A stretch of 64,000 bases of DNA from Clostridia bacterium (GCA_017522795.1 JAFWXZ010000070.1:6202-70201), one strand, 5' to 3'; counted from the stretch's first letter, positions 17,983 through 29,155 are shown. The notes: a model not told the origin generated them from the letters alone. Numbers and translations are program-made.

Positions 17983-19377
17983 ATGAAATTTAAAGGAATA
18001 ATTAAAAGCTATATAGGCGACAGAGCGTTCTATAGGCATACTCTTGCCATAGCAATACCGATGATAATACAGAATGCCGTCACCAATCTTGTCAATCTGC
18101 TTGACAACCTTATGGTCGGCTCGCTAGGTACGGAGCAGATGTCGGGTGTCGCTATTGTAAACCAATTTATTTTCGTGTTTAATCTTGCAATATTCGGCGC
18201 AATTTCCGGCGCGGGAATCTTCACCGCCCAGTTTAACGGGCGCGGAGATGTCGATGGGGTTCGTCATACCCTTCGAGTGAAGCTGATAATCTGCCTCACC
18301 GTCGGTCTTATAGGTGTTGGTATACTGACGGGCTTTGGTGATTTTCTGATAACCACCTTCTTGCATGAGGGCACGGAGGGTGATCTTGCTCTGACGCTTG
18401 CATCGGGCGAGGATTACCTTGCATTTATCGTTATCGGACTTATCCCATTTGCTCTGTCTCAGGTATATGCTTCTACTCTGCGTGAAACGGGCGAGACGGT
18501 AGTGCCCATGATTGCCAGCGTGGCGTCTATTGCAACCAATTTTATATTCAATCTGCTGCTGATCTTCGGCCTTCTGGGATTCCCCGCCCTTGGAGTTGTC
18601 GGCGCGGCTATAGCCACAGCTCTCTCGAGATTCGTAGAGCTTGGAGTTCTTCTCTGTTATACACATATCAATAAGACAAAGTGTCCCTTTGCTGTCGGTG
18701 TGTTTAAGAATTTCAGAGTACCCGCAGCCCTTGTAAAGCAGATAATCATTAAAGGCACGCCCATTCTGTTGAACGAGTTGTTCTGGTCGCTTTCTGTCAC
18801 CGTCAGCAATCAGTGCTATTCCACCCGCGGGCTTGACGTGGTGGCGGCTATGAATATTTCCTTTACTTTGCAGAATCTGCTAAGCGTAGCTTACTTTGCC
18901 CTTAGCTCGTCGATAGCCATAATTGTTGGTAATCTCCTTGGTGCAGGTAAGCTCGAGGAGGCGAAGGACACCGATAAAAAGCTGCTTGCCTTTGCGGTAT
19001 GCGTGGGTTTTGGTATGATGTGTGTTCAGTTTATCGCTTCCCCCTTCTTCCCCCTGCTTTACGAAACCACCGACCAGGTGCGCGCTCTATCTGGCTACGT
19101 TCTCAGATGCTTCGCACTTACTATGCCCGCCGCGGCACTTGCCACCTCTACCTACTACACTATCCGTTCGGGCGGCAGAGTGTTTGTCACGATGCTGTTT
19201 GACAGCGTTTATGCTTGGGTTGTCGTGATGCCCGTTGTATTCTGTATCGCTTATCTTACAAAGCTTCCTTTTGAGTATTTCCTGCCTATTGTTCTTGTTG
19301 TTGAAAACCTGAAGCTTATTCCCGGATTGATTTTGGTGCATAAGGGTATCTGGGTGCGTAAATTAAGCGTGGAATAA
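17983..19377 (+). CDS. MATE family efflux transporter
   Basis: 12-TM protein of 464 aa. N-terminal MATE pattern (LAIAIPMIIQNAVTNLVNLLDNLMVGSLG). Confidence 0.88.
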   Translation: MKFKGIIKSYIGDRAFYRHTLAIAIPMIIQNAVTNLVNLLDNLMVGSLGTEQMSGVAIVNQFIFVFNLAIFGAISGAGIFTAQFNGRGDVDGVRHTLRVKLIICLTVGLIGVGILTGFGDFLITTFLHEGTEGDLALTLASGEDYLAFIVIGLIPFALSQVYASTLRETGETVVPMIASVASIATNFIFNLLLIFGLLGFPALGVVGAAIATALSRFVELGVLLCYTHINKTKCPFAVGVFKNFRVPAALVKQIIIKGTPILLNELFWSLSVTVSNQCYSTRGLDVVAAMNISFTLQNLLSVAYFALSSSIAIIVGNLLGAGKLEEAKDTDKKLLAFAVCVGFGMMCVQFIASPFFPLLYETTDQVRALSGYVLRCFALTMPAAALATSTYYTIRSGGRVFVTMLFDSVYAWVVVMPVVFCIAYLTKLPFEYFLPIVLVVENLKLIPGLILVHKGIWVRKLSVE

Positions 19378-19469
19378 GCAAAATTTTGTATTTGTTTTAC
19401 AAATAAATGAAATTTGTTCATATTTTTCGCCTATAATTATTCTAACTGATCAAAAAAGGAAGAACTGAT

Positions 19470-22151
19470 ATGCTTGAATTACGCAATATTACGAAGGACT
19501 ACATAACCTCCTCGGAGACGGTAAACGCGCTTCGTGGGGTTGATATAGCCTTCCGTGACAGAGAATTCGTTTCGATCCTCGGCCCCTCGGGATGCGGAAA
19601 GACCACACTGCTGAATATCGTCGGCGGTCTTGACAGATACACCTCGGGTGACCTGGTTATCAACGGTAAGAGCACGAAGCTCTACCGTGACAGAGATTGG
19701 GACGTGTACAGAAACCATCGCGTAGGCTTCATTTTCCAGGCTTACAACCATATTCCTCATCAAACGGTGCTTGGCAACGTAGAGCTTGCGCTCACTATTG
19801 CGGGCATTGATAAAGAGGAGAGGGTAAGAAGGGCAAAGGCGGCTCTTGATAAGGTTGGTCTATCCGACCAGTATTACAAACGTCCAAATCAGCTCTCGGG
19901 CGGTCAGTGCCAGCGAGTTGCTATCGCACGTGCGCTTGTAAACGAGCCCGAGATACTTCTCGCCGACGAGCCTACGGGCGCGCTTGACACGGTCACCAGC
20001 GTGCAGATAATGGAGCTTATCCGTGAGATCGCGGGAGAGCGACTTGTTATTATGGTCACCCACAACCCCGAGCTTGCAGAGCAGTATTCTACGAGAATAG
20101 TTAGACTTCTTGACGGTGAGATCATAGAGGACACTAATCCCGTAAGCGAGGAGGAGTACGCCTCTCTCGTTTCTGCGGAAAAGGAAAGAAATGAAATAGC
20201 TACTGCCGAAAAGGGTGGCAAAAAGCAGAAGGAAAAGGCAAAGATGTCGGTATTCACTGCCTTCCGCCTCTCCGCGAGAAATCTCGTGTCAAAGAAGGGA
20301 AGAACGGCCATGGTCGGCTTCGCGGGCTCTATCGGCATTATCGGTATTGCTCTCGTTCTTGCTTTCTCTGCGGGTATCAAGGGATATATCGCATCAATGC
20401 AGGACGATATGCTTTCGGGCAACCCTATAACTATTTCCCAGAATGCCTTTGACCTTGGCGCTATCACAGATATGATGGACGTTGAGGATAAGTTGGATAT
20501 AATTAAAAATCCGAACAGCGTATATATTTCCTCGGTAATCGAGCATCTTATCAAGACCAGCGAGACCTTTGATACCATGATGGTAGAGAATGAGATTACC
20601 AGAGAATATATTGAGTATCTGAAGGCTATGCCAAGCGAGTATTACAACGCTCTTGTGCTCGGCTACGGTCTTGATCTAAACAGAACAATATTTACAGATT
20701 TTTATGAGAAGCCCGGTGCTGATGGCAGACATATGTCATTAAAACAGGTGATTGATATCTATAAATCGGTCCTCTCCGATACCGAGTATTCGGATCTTGC
20801 ATCTATGGTAAACAGCCTTGCTCCCAATCTTTCCCAAGCTCCCTCAAACAAAGATTATATTCTCGACCAGTATGAGATCGTTGCGGGTGAAATCGCAGAT
20901 GAGGCAGACGAGATCATGCTTGTTCTTGACTCCAACGATGAGCTCACCGATCTGCTTCTTGCAAAGCTTGGTTATTACTCCGAGGCAGAGCTGCTTGAGG
21001 TTATCCACAAGTCGTCTGATAAGGACGAAAACGGAGATCCCGTCTACAACGAAGCTCTTTACCGCGAGTATTTCACATACGACGAATTGCTTAATAAGAC
21101 GCTTACCTGGTATCCTACCGATAGCGTATTTGATACCACCGAGGTCACAATCAGCAATCCTATAACGGGTGATACCACTACTATAGCCCCCGTTTATAAG
21201 GGCGAGCTTGAGAGCGCATCCGCCGACGGAATGACGCTTCGCGTGGTTGGTATCCTTGCTCCCAACGACAATATCTCTTACGGTGCGCTTTCCTCCGGCA
21301 TTTACTACACCGAGGCGCTTACTCAGCACATTCTTGAAACTAACAAGGACTCGGAGTTTATAGACTTCCTCGTTGGCGATCCCGAAAAGGCTGACGAAAT
21401 GCTTATCAGCTTCACCTATAGCTATGATTATCTGCCCTATGACGCTATTGTTGACGGTGAGATAGTTGGCGAGAGATCCACCAAGGCATCCGAGAGTGTG
21501 TTCTCCTATGCAACCAGAGCCTCTATCGCGAGAAATCTCGGTGGCAACGATCTTGCTAACCGAGTAAGTATATATCCCATATCCTTTGATGATAAATCTC
21601 TTGTCACAGAGTACCTTGACGCTTGGAATAATGTGGATATTGCCATTACCGTAAACGGTGTGGAGATCCCGGGCGACCAGCGTCGTGAGATCACCTATAC
21701 CGATACCCTTGAGCTGATCATCAATATGGTTAATACTATGATTGATATCATCTCTTACGCGCTTATTGCCTTCACCTCGATATCCCTTGTGGTTTCTACC
21801 GTAATGATCGGTATTATCACCTACGTATCGGTTGTTGAGCGTATCAAGGAGATCGGTGTTATCCGTTCTCTCGGCGGACGTAAGCGTGACGTATCCAACC
21901 TCTTCATTGCAGAGACGGCGATTATCGGTATGCTTGCAGGCCTTATCGGCATCGGCGCAACCTATCTGATCTCGGCTATCGTGAACGTTATTCTCACGCC
22001 CCTTATCAGTTATCCGAATATCGCGGCGCTTCCCGCGTCTAACGCAGTGTTCCTCGTTTGCCTCAGCATCGTGCTGACTCTTATCTCGGGACTTGCTCCC
22101 GCCAAGAGCGCGGCGAATAAGGACCCTGTCGTAGCTTTGAGAACTGAATAA
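19470..22151 (+). CDS. Fused ABC transporter ATP-binding protein / FtsX-type permease (MacB-like)
   Basis: Walker A GPSGCGKTT, signature LSGGQCQRVAIARAL, Walker B LLADEPTGALD. These are followed by TM1, a roughly 450-aa extracytoplasmic domain and a C-terminal FtsX 3-TM bundle. Confidence 0.88.
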   Translation: MLELRNITKDYITSSETVNALRGVDIAFRDREFVSILGPSGCGKTTLLNIVGGLDRYTSGDLVINGKSTKLYRDRDWDVYRNHRVGFIFQAYNHIPHQTVLGNVELALTIAGIDKEERVRRAKAALDKVGLSDQYYKRPNQLSGGQCQRVAIARALVNEPEILLADEPTGALDTVTSVQIMELIREIAGERLVIMVTHNPELAEQYSTRIVRLLDGEIIEDTNPVSEEEYASLVSAEKERNEIATAEKGGKKQKEKAKMSVFTAFRLSARNLVSKKGRTAMVGFAGSIGIIGIALVLAFSAGIKGYIASMQDDMLSGNPITISQNAFDLGAITDMMDVEDKLDIIKNPNSVYISSVIEHLIKTSETFDTMMVENEITREYIEYLKAMPSEYYNALVLGYGLDLNRTIFTDFYEKPGADGRHMSLKQVIDIYKSVLSDTEYSDLASMVNSLAPNLSQAPSNKDYILDQYEIVAGEIADEADEIMLVLDSNDELTDLLLAKLGYYSEAELLEVIHKSSDKDENGDPVYNEALYREYFTYDELLNKTLTWYPTDSVFDTTEVTISNPITGDTTTIAPVYKGELESASADGMTLRVVGILAPNDNISYGALSSGIYYTEALTQHILETNKDSEFIDFLVGDPEKADEMLISFTYSYDYLPYDAIVDGEIVGERSTKASESVFSYATRASIARNLGGNDLANRVSIYPISFDDKSLVTEYLDAWNNVDIAITVNGVEIPGDQRREITYTDTLELIINMVNTMIDIISYALIAFTSISLVVSTVMIGIITYVSVVERIKEIGVIRSLGGRKRDVSNLFIAETAIIGMLAGLIGIGATYLISAIVNVILTPLISYPNIAALPASNAVFLVCLSIVLTLISGLAPAKSAANKDPVVALRTE

Positions 22152-22168
22152 AAAACAAACCATTATTT

Positions 22169-22201
22169 GAGCGGAGAACATTCACTCTCCGCTCTTTATT
22201 A
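22169..22201 (+). terminator. Rho-independent terminator after the ABC gene
   Basis: 9-bp stem GAGCGGAGA / TCTCCGCTC followed by TTTATT. Confidence 0.75.
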
Positions 22202-22257
22202 TGCATATTGAACAATCAACTCCTGTGTTTGATTATTCATTTTTATGTTCTCACCCC

Positions 22258-22286
22258 TTGACTTTAAAAATATACTGTGATATAAT
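22258..22286 (+). promoter_or_regulatory. Sigma-A promoter of the pyrimidine operon
   Basis: TTGACT, 17-nt spacer, TGaTATAAT. It lies only about 35 nt upstream of the pyrC start. Confidence 0.7.
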
Positions 22287-22323
22287 ATTTAAGATAATTT
22301 AAATAAATAAGGAGATGTGTATT

Positions 22324-23568
22324 ATGATGGCTTTGTTCCGCGGTGCTCTTGTTTATGATAACGGCTCTATGAAAAAGTCTGATATGCTTTTTGACGGCAC
22401 TTCTCTTTCTGTTTTTGCAGGGGATGTGTCCGCTTTTGACTCTTCCTCTGTTTTTGATAATGTTGTTATTTTGCCCGGTTTTTGTGATGTCCACGTACAT
22501 CTCAGAGAGCCGGGCTTTTCTTATAAGGAGACTATTGCCTCGGGTACGGCGGCGTCTGCGCGCGGAGGTTATACCGCGGTATGCTCGATGCCTAACCTGA
22601 ATCCTACACCCGACTGCCGTGAGAATCTTGAAACTCAGCTTGAGATAATAAGGCGGGATGCCTGTATAGCCGTCTACCCCTACGGAACGATTACGATGGG
22701 CGAGGCGGGCGAGAGTCTTGCCGACCTTTCGGCTATGGCGAATGACGTTATCGGCTTCTCGGATGACGGACGGGGTGTTCAGTCGGAGGAAATGATGCTT
22801 TCGGCTATGAGGGAGGCAAAGTCACTCGGCAAGATGATAGTCGCGCACTGTGAGGATAATTCCTTGCTTCGCGGGGGATATATCCACGACGGCGATTACG
22901 CCCGACAGCACGGTCATCGCGGAATCTGCTCGGAGAGTGAGTGGGGACCGATCGAGAGGGATATGGAGCTTGTCCGCAAGAGCGGATGCTCTTACCACAT
23001 CTGCCACGTGTCTACGAAGGAAAGCGTGGAAATAATCCGACGTGCAAAGGCGGAGGGCCTTGACGTCACCTGCGAGACGGGACCGCATTATCTGCTGCTT
23101 GACGACTCGCATCTGCAGGAGCACGGACGCTTCAAGATGAATCCACCCCTCAGATCACCCGAGGACAGAGAGGCAATGCTTCGCGGTCTGCTTGACGGAA
23201 CTGTAGATATGATAGCCACCGACCACGCACCACACTCGGCAGAGGAAAAGGGACGCGGACTTGAAAAGAGCGCTATGGGAGTTGTGGGAATTGAAACCGC
23301 CTTCCCCCTGCTTTACACGAATCTTGTCAAGACGGGAATACTTACTATGGAAAGGCTCTGCGAGCTTATGTCGGTTGTTCCTAGAAAGAGGTTTAATATT
23401 AATAGCGATGCAGGCTTTACGGTCTTTAAGCTGGATGAAAAATATAAGATAAACCCTGAGGACTTCTTGTCCCGGGGCAAGTCAACCCCCTTTGAGGGTG
23501 ACGAGGTATACGGCAAATGTCTGCTTACGGTATACGAGGGCAGAGCGGTATACTCTGATTTAGTATAA
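22324..23568 (+). CDS. pyrC: Dihydroorotase
   Basis: Metal-binding motif GFCDVHVHLREPG and a later DHAPH motif. The ATG at 22324 has better spacing to AAGGAG than the track start at 22315. Confidence 0.92.
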   Translation: MMALFRGALVYDNGSMKKSDMLFDGTSLSVFAGDVSAFDSSSVFDNVVILPGFCDVHVHLREPGFSYKETIASGTAASARGGYTAVCSMPNLNPTPDCRENLETQLEIIRRDACIAVYPYGTITMGEAGESLADLSAMANDVIGFSDDGRGVQSEEMMLSAMREAKSLGKMIVAHCEDNSLLRGGYIHDGDYARQHGHRGICSESEWGPIERDMELVRKSGCSYHICHVSTKESVEIIRRAKAEGLDVTCETGPHYLLLDDSHLQEHGRFKMNPPLRSPEDREAMLRGLLDGTVDMIATDHAPHSAEEKGRGLEKSAMGVVGIETAFPLLYTNLVKTGILTMERLCELMSVVPRKRFNINSDAGFTVFKLDEKYKINPEDFLSRGKSTPFEGDEVYGKCLLTVYEGRAVYSDLV

Positions 23569-23585
23569 TTTGGGAGGAAAATAAA

Positions 23586-26500
23586 ATGGCAAAGAGAACA
23601 GATATAAAGAGAATTATGATAATCGGCTCGGGACCTATCGTTATCGGTCAGGCAGCTGAATTTGACTACGCAGGCACACAGGCTTGTCTTGCGCTTAAGG
23701 AGGAGGGATACGAGGTCGTTCTCGTAAACTCAAACCCTGCTACCATTATGACCGATACCGCTATTGCGGACAAGGTGTATATGGAGCCTCTTACTCTTGA
23801 ATATATTGCTAAAATTTTGAGATACGAGCGTCCCGATGCTATTCTTCCGGGTATCGGCGGTCAGACCGGACTTAACCTTGCTATGCAGCTTGAGAAGAAG
23901 GGCATTCTAAAGGAGTGTCGCGTAGAGCTTCTCGGCACAAGCTCGGAGTCTATCGAGAGGGCAGAGGACAGAGAGCTGTTCAAGGAGCTTTGCCAATCTA
24001 TCGGCGAGCCTACCATTCCCTCCGAGATCACCTATAATCTTGAGGAGGCAAAGGCTGCTGCGGCAAGGATCGGCTACCCCGTAGTTCTTCGTCCTGCGTT
24101 TACCCTTGGCGGTACGGGCGGTGGCTTTGCCAATAACGAGGAGGAGCTTGTTGAGATTGGTATAAACGCGTTTAAGCTTTCTCCCGTGCATCAGGTTCTT
24201 ATTGAGAAGAGCGTTAAGGGATATAAGGAGATCGAGTTTGAGGTTATGCGTGACGGCAGCGATCATGCCATCACCATCTGTGGTATGGAGAATATCGACC
24301 CCGTTGGCGTTCACACGGGCGATCCTATAGTTGTTGCGCCTATTATGACTCTCTCCGAAAAGGACAAAAAGATGCTCAACGATTCGGCTATCAAGCTGAT
24401 CAAGGAGCTTAAAATCGAGGGTGGATGCAATGTTCAGTTTGCATTAAACCCCGAAACCAGCGAGTATTATCTTATAGAGGTCAACCCCCGAGTTTCCAGA
24501 TCCTCTGCTCTCGCGTCAAAGGCGTCGGGTTATCCCATTGCCCGCGTGACCGCGAAGATCGCAGTTGGTATGACTCTTGAGGAGATCAAGATCGCCAACA
24601 CAAACGCGGCTTTTGAGCCTCGCCTCGACTACGTTATCACAAAGCTTCCCAGATTCCCATTCGATAAGTTCACCGCAGCCTCCAACACCCTTGGCACGCA
24701 GATGAAGGCGACGGGTGAGATCATGGGCATTGGATCTACCCTTGAGGAGAGCTTGCTTAAGGGAATCCGCTCGCTTGAAACGGGTGTATATCACCTTTAC
24801 CACCATAAATTTGACCCTATGACCGACGGTGAGATCAAGGAATATCTCACTCAGTTCAGAGATGACAACATCTTTGCTATCGCAGAGCTGTTCCGCCGCG
24901 GTGTCGGTGTTGAGGAGATTCACGAGATCACTAAGATCACCTCCTTCTTCCTTGAGAAGATCAAAAATATCATTGATTACGAGGAGATCCTTAAGGAAAA
25001 TCGCGATGCGCACACCCTTCGTGAGGCAAAGCAGATGGGCTTCTCCGACAAGTATCTCGCGAAGCTCTGGGGATGGACAGAGAAGCAGGTTATGGATTAC
25101 CGCCGTAAGTGGAACGTGCTTCCTGCATTCCGTATGGTTGACACCTGCCACACAAACGCGTATATTCCTTACTTCTACTCCTCCTACAGCGGAGAGAATA
25201 CCTCTATCCTTACCGATAAGAAAAAGATCGTTGTGCTTGGCGCAGGACCTATCCGTATCGGTCAGGGCGTAGAGTTTGACTACTCCACCGTTCACGCGGT
25301 TTCTACTATCAAGAAGTCGGGCTACGAGGCTATTATCATCAACAATAATCCCGAGACCGTTTCTACAGATTATACCACGGCGGACAAGCTCTACTTCGAG
25401 CCTCTGACCACCGAGGACGTTATGAATATTATTGAGTTTGAGAAGCCTGAGGGCGTTATTGCATCTCTGGGTGGACAAACAGCTATCAATCTTGCAGCTC
25501 CCCTTGATGCTCTTGGAGTTAAGATTATCGGTACGGATTGCGCCGCTATTGATAAGGCGGAGAACAGAGATGCCTTTGAAAAGCTTCTTAAGGAGCTTGG
25601 CATTCCTCAGCCTGAGGGAAGCGCGGTCACCAACATTGAGGATGGCGTAGCCACTGCCGCGAGAATCGGTTATCCTGTGCTTGTTCGTCCCTCCTTCGTT
25701 CTTGGCGGTCGCGCTATGCAGATCGTTGCCAATGAGGAGCAGCTTCGCCACTATCTTAAGACCGCCGTTGAGATCGACGAGGACAAGCCCGTTCTCGTTG
25801 ATAAATACATCAGCGGTAAGGAGGTAGAGGTTGACGCTATCTGCGACGGTCGCAACGTGTTTGTTCCCGGTATTATGGAGCTCGTAGAGCGCACGGGTAT
25901 CCACTCGGGTGACTCTATAAGCGTTTATCCCGCCTTCTCTATCTCCAATAAGGTTAAGGGAACTATTCTTCAGTATGCGAAGAAGCTCGGTCTTGGTATA
26001 GGAATTGTTGGTCTTTACAATATTCAGTTCATCGTTGATAAAAATGACGAGGTTTATATTATCGAGGTTAACCCCCGTTCCTCAAGAACCGTTCCCTTCC
26101 TCTCGAAGGCAACCGGCTACAGCCTTGCTGATATCGCTACCGAGTGTATTCTCGGTAAGACCTTAAAGGAGCAGGGAATCTTCGACCTTTATCCCGAAGA
26201 GAAGAAGAGATGGTACGTTAAGGTACCCGTGTTCTCCTTCAACAAGCTTCGCGGTCTTGACGCATACCTCTCTCCTGAGATGAAGTCAACGGGTGAGGCT
26301 ATCGGCTACGACGATAAGTATTATCGCGCTCTTTATAAGGCGCTGCAGGCGTCCGGTATGCATCTTCAGAATTACGGCACCGTTCTTGCTACTATCGCCG
26401 ATTGCGATAAGAATGAGGCACTTCCTCTTATCCGCCGCTTCTACAATCTTGGATTTAACATCGAGGCTACTAAGGGAACTGCAATATTCCTTAAGGAAAA

Positions 26501-26756
26501 CGGTATCCGCACCCATGTGCTGAAGAAGCTGTCCGATGGCTCGGAGGAAATTGCGGACTCTATCCGTCAGGGACATATCGCCTACGTTATTAACACCTCC
26601 GACTCCTCCTCGTCCGGTGTCACTCGCGATGGCTTTGAGATCAGAAAGTACGCGACCGAGAACAATGTGACTGTGTTCACCTCTCTCGATACCGTTCGCG
26701 TGCTGCTTGACGTCCTTGAGGAGACCACGCTCACGATCTCAACGATTGACGCTTGA
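23586..26756 (+). CDS. carB: Carbamoyl-phosphate synthase large subunit
   Basis: 1056 aa with duplicated ATP-grasp halves (IMIIGSGPIVIGQAAEFDYAGTQA and VVLGAGPIRIGQGVEFDYSTVHA) and a C-terminal MGS-like domain. Confidence 0.97.
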   Translation: MAKRTDIKRIMIIGSGPIVIGQAAEFDYAGTQACLALKEEGYEVVLVNSNPATIMTDTAIADKVYMEPLTLEYIAKILRYERPDAILPGIGGQTGLNLAMQLEKKGILKECRVELLGTSSESIERAEDRELFKELCQSIGEPTIPSEITYNLEEAKAAAARIGYPVVLRPAFTLGGTGGGFANNEEELVEIGINAFKLSPVHQVLIEKSVKGYKEIEFEVMRDGSDHAITICGMENIDPVGVHTGDPIVVAPIMTLSEKDKKMLNDSAIKLIKELKIEGGCNVQFALNPETSEYYLIEVNPRVSRSSALASKASGYPIARVTAKIAVGMTLEEIKIANTNAAFEPRLDYVITKLPRFPFDKFTAASNTLGTQMKATGEIMGIGSTLEESLLKGIRSLETGVYHLYHHKFDPMTDGEIKEYLTQFRDDNIFAIAELFRRGVGVEEIHEITKITSFFLEKIKNIIDYEEILKENRDAHTLREAKQMGFSDKYLAKLWGWTEKQVMDYRRKWNVLPAFRMVDTCHTNAYIPYFYSSYSGENTSILTDKKKIVVLGAGPIRIGQGVEFDYSTVHAVSTIKKSGYEAIIINNNPETVSTDYTTADKLYFEPLTTEDVMNIIEFEKPEGVIASLGGQTAINLAAPLDALGVKIIGTDCAAIDKAENRDAFEKLLKELGIPQPEGSAVTNIEDGVATAARIGYPVLVRPSFVLGGRAMQIVANEEQLRHYLKTAVEIDEDKPVLVDKYISGKEVEVDAICDGRNVFVPGIMELVERTGIHSGDSISVYPAFSISNKVKGTILQYAKKLGLGIGIVGLYNIQFIVDKNDEVYIIEVNPRSSRTVPFLSKATGYSLADIATECILGKTLKEQGIFDLYPEEKKRWYVKVPVFSFNKLRGLDAYLSPEMKSTGEAIGYDDKYYRALYKALQASGMHLQNYGTVLATIADCDKNEALPLIRRFYNLGFNIEATKGTAIFLKENGIRTHVLKKLSDGSEEIADSIRQGHIAYVINTSDSSSSGVTRDGFEIRKYATENNVTVFTSLDTVRVLLDVLEETTLTISTIDA

Positions 26757-26778
26757 TAAATGCATAACGCAGAATTGA

Positions 26779-27519
26779 ATGGATGGTAAAATGAAAAATT
26801 CTGTTTTTACAATAACAAAAAACGATAAATTGACAAGCAATGTTTACATTATGACCTTGAAAGGTGATACAGAAGGTATCAGATGCGGTCAGTTTGTAAA
26901 TATAAGGCTTGACGGACTCTACCTGCGCAGACCTATTTCCGTCTGCGATTGTGAGGGTGACTTGCTGACTCTTATTTATAAGGTGGTTGGTAAGGGCACC
27001 GAGCAGATGAGCGAAATGGCGGCAGGAGAAAGCCTTGACCTGCTTACAGGTCTTGGCAACGGCTATGACCTTACAAAATCGGGTGATGCGCCTCTGCTTA
27101 TCGGCGGCGGCGTTGGCGTCCCCCCTATGTATATGCTCTGCCGAGAGCTTATTCGCGAGGGCAAAAAGCCTACCGTTATCCTCGGCTTCAACAAGGCGGA
27201 CGAGGTGTTCTATAAGAATGAGTTTGAGGCGCTTGGCGCGAGGGTTCTCGTTGCTACCGCCGACGGCTCTATGGGTATAAAGGGCTTTGTCACCAACGCT
27301 ATGGATGGGCTTGATTACAGCTACTTCTATACCTGCGGTCCCGAGCCTATGCTAAGGGCGGTTTATAAAGCATCTGCAACAAGCGGTCAGTTCTCCTTTG
27401 AGGAGAGAATGGGATGCGGCTTCGGCGCCTGTATGGGTTGCTCGTGTAAAACCATTACGGGATATAAGAGAATTTGCAAGGAAGGCCCCGTGTTGGAAAA
27501 GGAGGAGATACTGTTTTGA
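26779..27519 (+). CDS. pyrK: Dihydroorotate dehydrogenase electron-transfer subunit
   Basis: FAD/NAD-binding fold with the C-terminal 2Fe-2S motif CGFGACMGCSC...IC. The start could also be the ATG at 26791. Confidence 0.88.
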   Translation: MDGKMKNSVFTITKNDKLTSNVYIMTLKGDTEGIRCGQFVNIRLDGLYLRRPISVCDCEGDLLTLIYKVVGKGTEQMSEMAAGESLDLLTGLGNGYDLTKSGDAPLLIGGGVGVPPMYMLCRELIREGKKPTVILGFNKADEVFYKNEFEALGARVLVATADGSMGIKGFVTNAMDGLDYSYFYTCGPEPMLRAVYKASATSGQFSFEERMGCGFGACMGCSCKTITGYKRICKEGPVLEKEEILF

Positions 27520-28457
27520 GTTCAGAGTTCAGAGTTCAGAGTTCAGAGTTTAATACCAAGGTAGATCTTCTCGGTATCGAGCTTGATAATCCTATAATTC
27601 CCGCGTCGGGCACCTTCGGCTTCGGCTATGAGTTTGCGGAGATATATGATATAAATATTCTCGGTACATTCTCCTTTAAGGGTACGACAAGAGAGGCGAG
27701 ATTTGGCAACCCCACCCCCAGAATTGCAGAATGCTCCGTAGGTATGATCAATGCTGTCGGACTTCAGAATCCAGGCGTTGACAAGGTTATCTCAGAGGAG
27801 CTTCCCAAGCTGAAAAAATGCTTTAGTAAGCCTGTTATGGCAAACGTTTCGGGCTTCTCTATCGAGGAGTACATACACACCTGCGCGCTTATTGATAAAG
27901 AGGAGCAGGTGGGCTGGATCGAGGTAAACATCTCCTGCCCCAACGTTCACGGCGGAGGTATGGCGTTTGGCACAAGCCCCGAAGGCGCAGCCGAGGTCGT
28001 TCGCTCGGTAAAGGCGGTCACCACAAAGCCGATTATCGTTAAGCTCTCGCCCAACGTCACCGACATCGTGGCTATTGCAAAGGCTTGTGAGGCGGCGGGC
28101 GCTGACGGCATCAGTCTTATCAATACTATGCTCGGTATGAGAATTGACCTTCGCACCAGAAAGCCTGTAATTGCTAACAAGATGGGTGGCTTCTCGGGGC
28201 CCGCAATCTTCCCCGTGGCAGTCAGAATGGTATATCAGGTTGCCCACGCAGTAAATATTCCCGTTATCGGTATGGGTGGCGTTTCCTCTGCCGAGGACGT
28301 TATAGAAATGATGCTTGCGGGAGCTACTGCGGTTGAGGTCGGCGCGGCAAACCTTGTCGATCCTCTTGCCTGCAAAAGAATTATCGAGGATCTTCCTCGG
28401 GTAATGAAAAAATACGAAATTAATGATTTAAAAGATATAATAGGAGGAGTACAGTAA
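27516..28457 (+). CDS. pyrD: Dihydroorotate dehydrogenase B catalytic subunit
   Basis: [32 protein letters not shown] motifs. I chose the TTG at 27516: RBS AAGGAGG lies 10 nt upstream and TTGA overlaps the pyrK stop. The track start TTG 27474 lacks an RBS. Confidence 0.85.
   Translation: MSSEFRVQSSEFNTKVDLLGIELDNPIIPASGTFGFGYEFAEIYDINILGTFSFKGTTREARFGNPTPRIAECSVGMINAVGLQNPGVDKVISEELPKLKKCFSKPVMANVSGFSIEEYIHTCALIDKEEQVGWIEVNISCPNVHGGGMAFGTSPEGAAEVVRSVKAVTTKPIIVKLSPNVTDIVAIAKACEAAGADGISLINTMLGMRIDLRTRKPVIANKMGGFSGPAIFPVAVRMVYQVAHAVNIPVIGMGGVSSAEDVIEMMLAGATAVEVGAANLVDPLACKRIIEDLPRVMKKYEINDLKDIIGGVQ
27518..27550 (+). repeat. Heptanucleotide tandem repeat (GAGTTCA) x 4.7
   Basis: Read directly: four perfect GAGTTCA units at 27518-27545 plus the partial unit GAGTT. 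Confidence 0.95.
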
Positions 28458-29155
28458 TGGGAAAGGACGTAATTATTGCCTGCGATTTTGACAGTGCAGA
28501 GAAGACCTTTGCTTTTCTTGACAAATTCACCGACACAAAGCCCTTCGTGAAAATCGGCATGGAGCTTTACTATGCAGAGGGACCCTCTATCGTAAGAGAG
28601 ATTAAGAGAAGAGGACATAAGATCTTCCTCGATCTCAAGCTTCACGATATCCCCAACACAGTTAAAAAGGGTATGGCTGTTCTGTCAAGACTTGACGTGG
28701 ATATGACAAATCTCCACGCGGCAGGAACCAAGAGAATGATGCAGGCGGCTATTGAGGGCCTTACCCGTCCCGATGGCACAAGACCTATACTTATCGCGGT
28801 CACCCAGCTGACCTCCACCGATCAGGAATCTATGGAAAACGATCTTCTCATCAAGGAGCCTATTGACAAGGTTGTTATGCACTATGCCTCCTGCGCTAAG
28901 GAAGCGGGACTTGACGGCGTAGTTTGCTCTCCCCTCGAGGCGGGTAAGGTACACGACACCTGTGGCAAGGATTTCGTCACCGTCACCCCCGGTGTTCGTT
29001 TTGCTGACGGCGATATTGGCGACCAGAAGAGAGTTATGACTCCCGCCGAGGCAAATAGAATCGGCTCTGATTATATTGTTGTTGGTAGACCTATTACCGC
29101 GGCAGAGGATCCTGTTGCGGCATATAACAGATGTGTAAGAGAATTTGTTGATTAA
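28457..29155 (+). CDS. pyrF: Orotidine 5'-phosphate decarboxylase
   Basis: IIACDFD..., [13 protein letters not shown] and VVGRPI motifs. TAATG overlap with pyrD. Confidence 0.93.
   Translation: MGKDVIIACDFDSAEKTFAFLDKFTDTKPFVKIGMELYYAEGPSIVREIKRRGHKIFLDLKLHDIPNTVKKGMAVLSRLDVDMTNLHAAGTKRMMQAAIEGLTRPDGTRPILIAVTQLTSTDQESMENDLLIKEPIDKVVMHYASCAKEAGLDGVVCSPLEAGKVHDTCGKDFVTVTPGVRFADGDIGDQKRVMTPAEANRIGSDYIVVGRPITAAEDPVAAYNRCVREFVD

Noticed and set aside
22152-22323. PyrR-binding attenuator in the pyr operon leader
   Set aside because: The hairpin at 22169-22195 is the terminator of the upstream ABC gene. The promoter lies about 35 nt from pyrC, and no PyrR binding-loop motif was seen.
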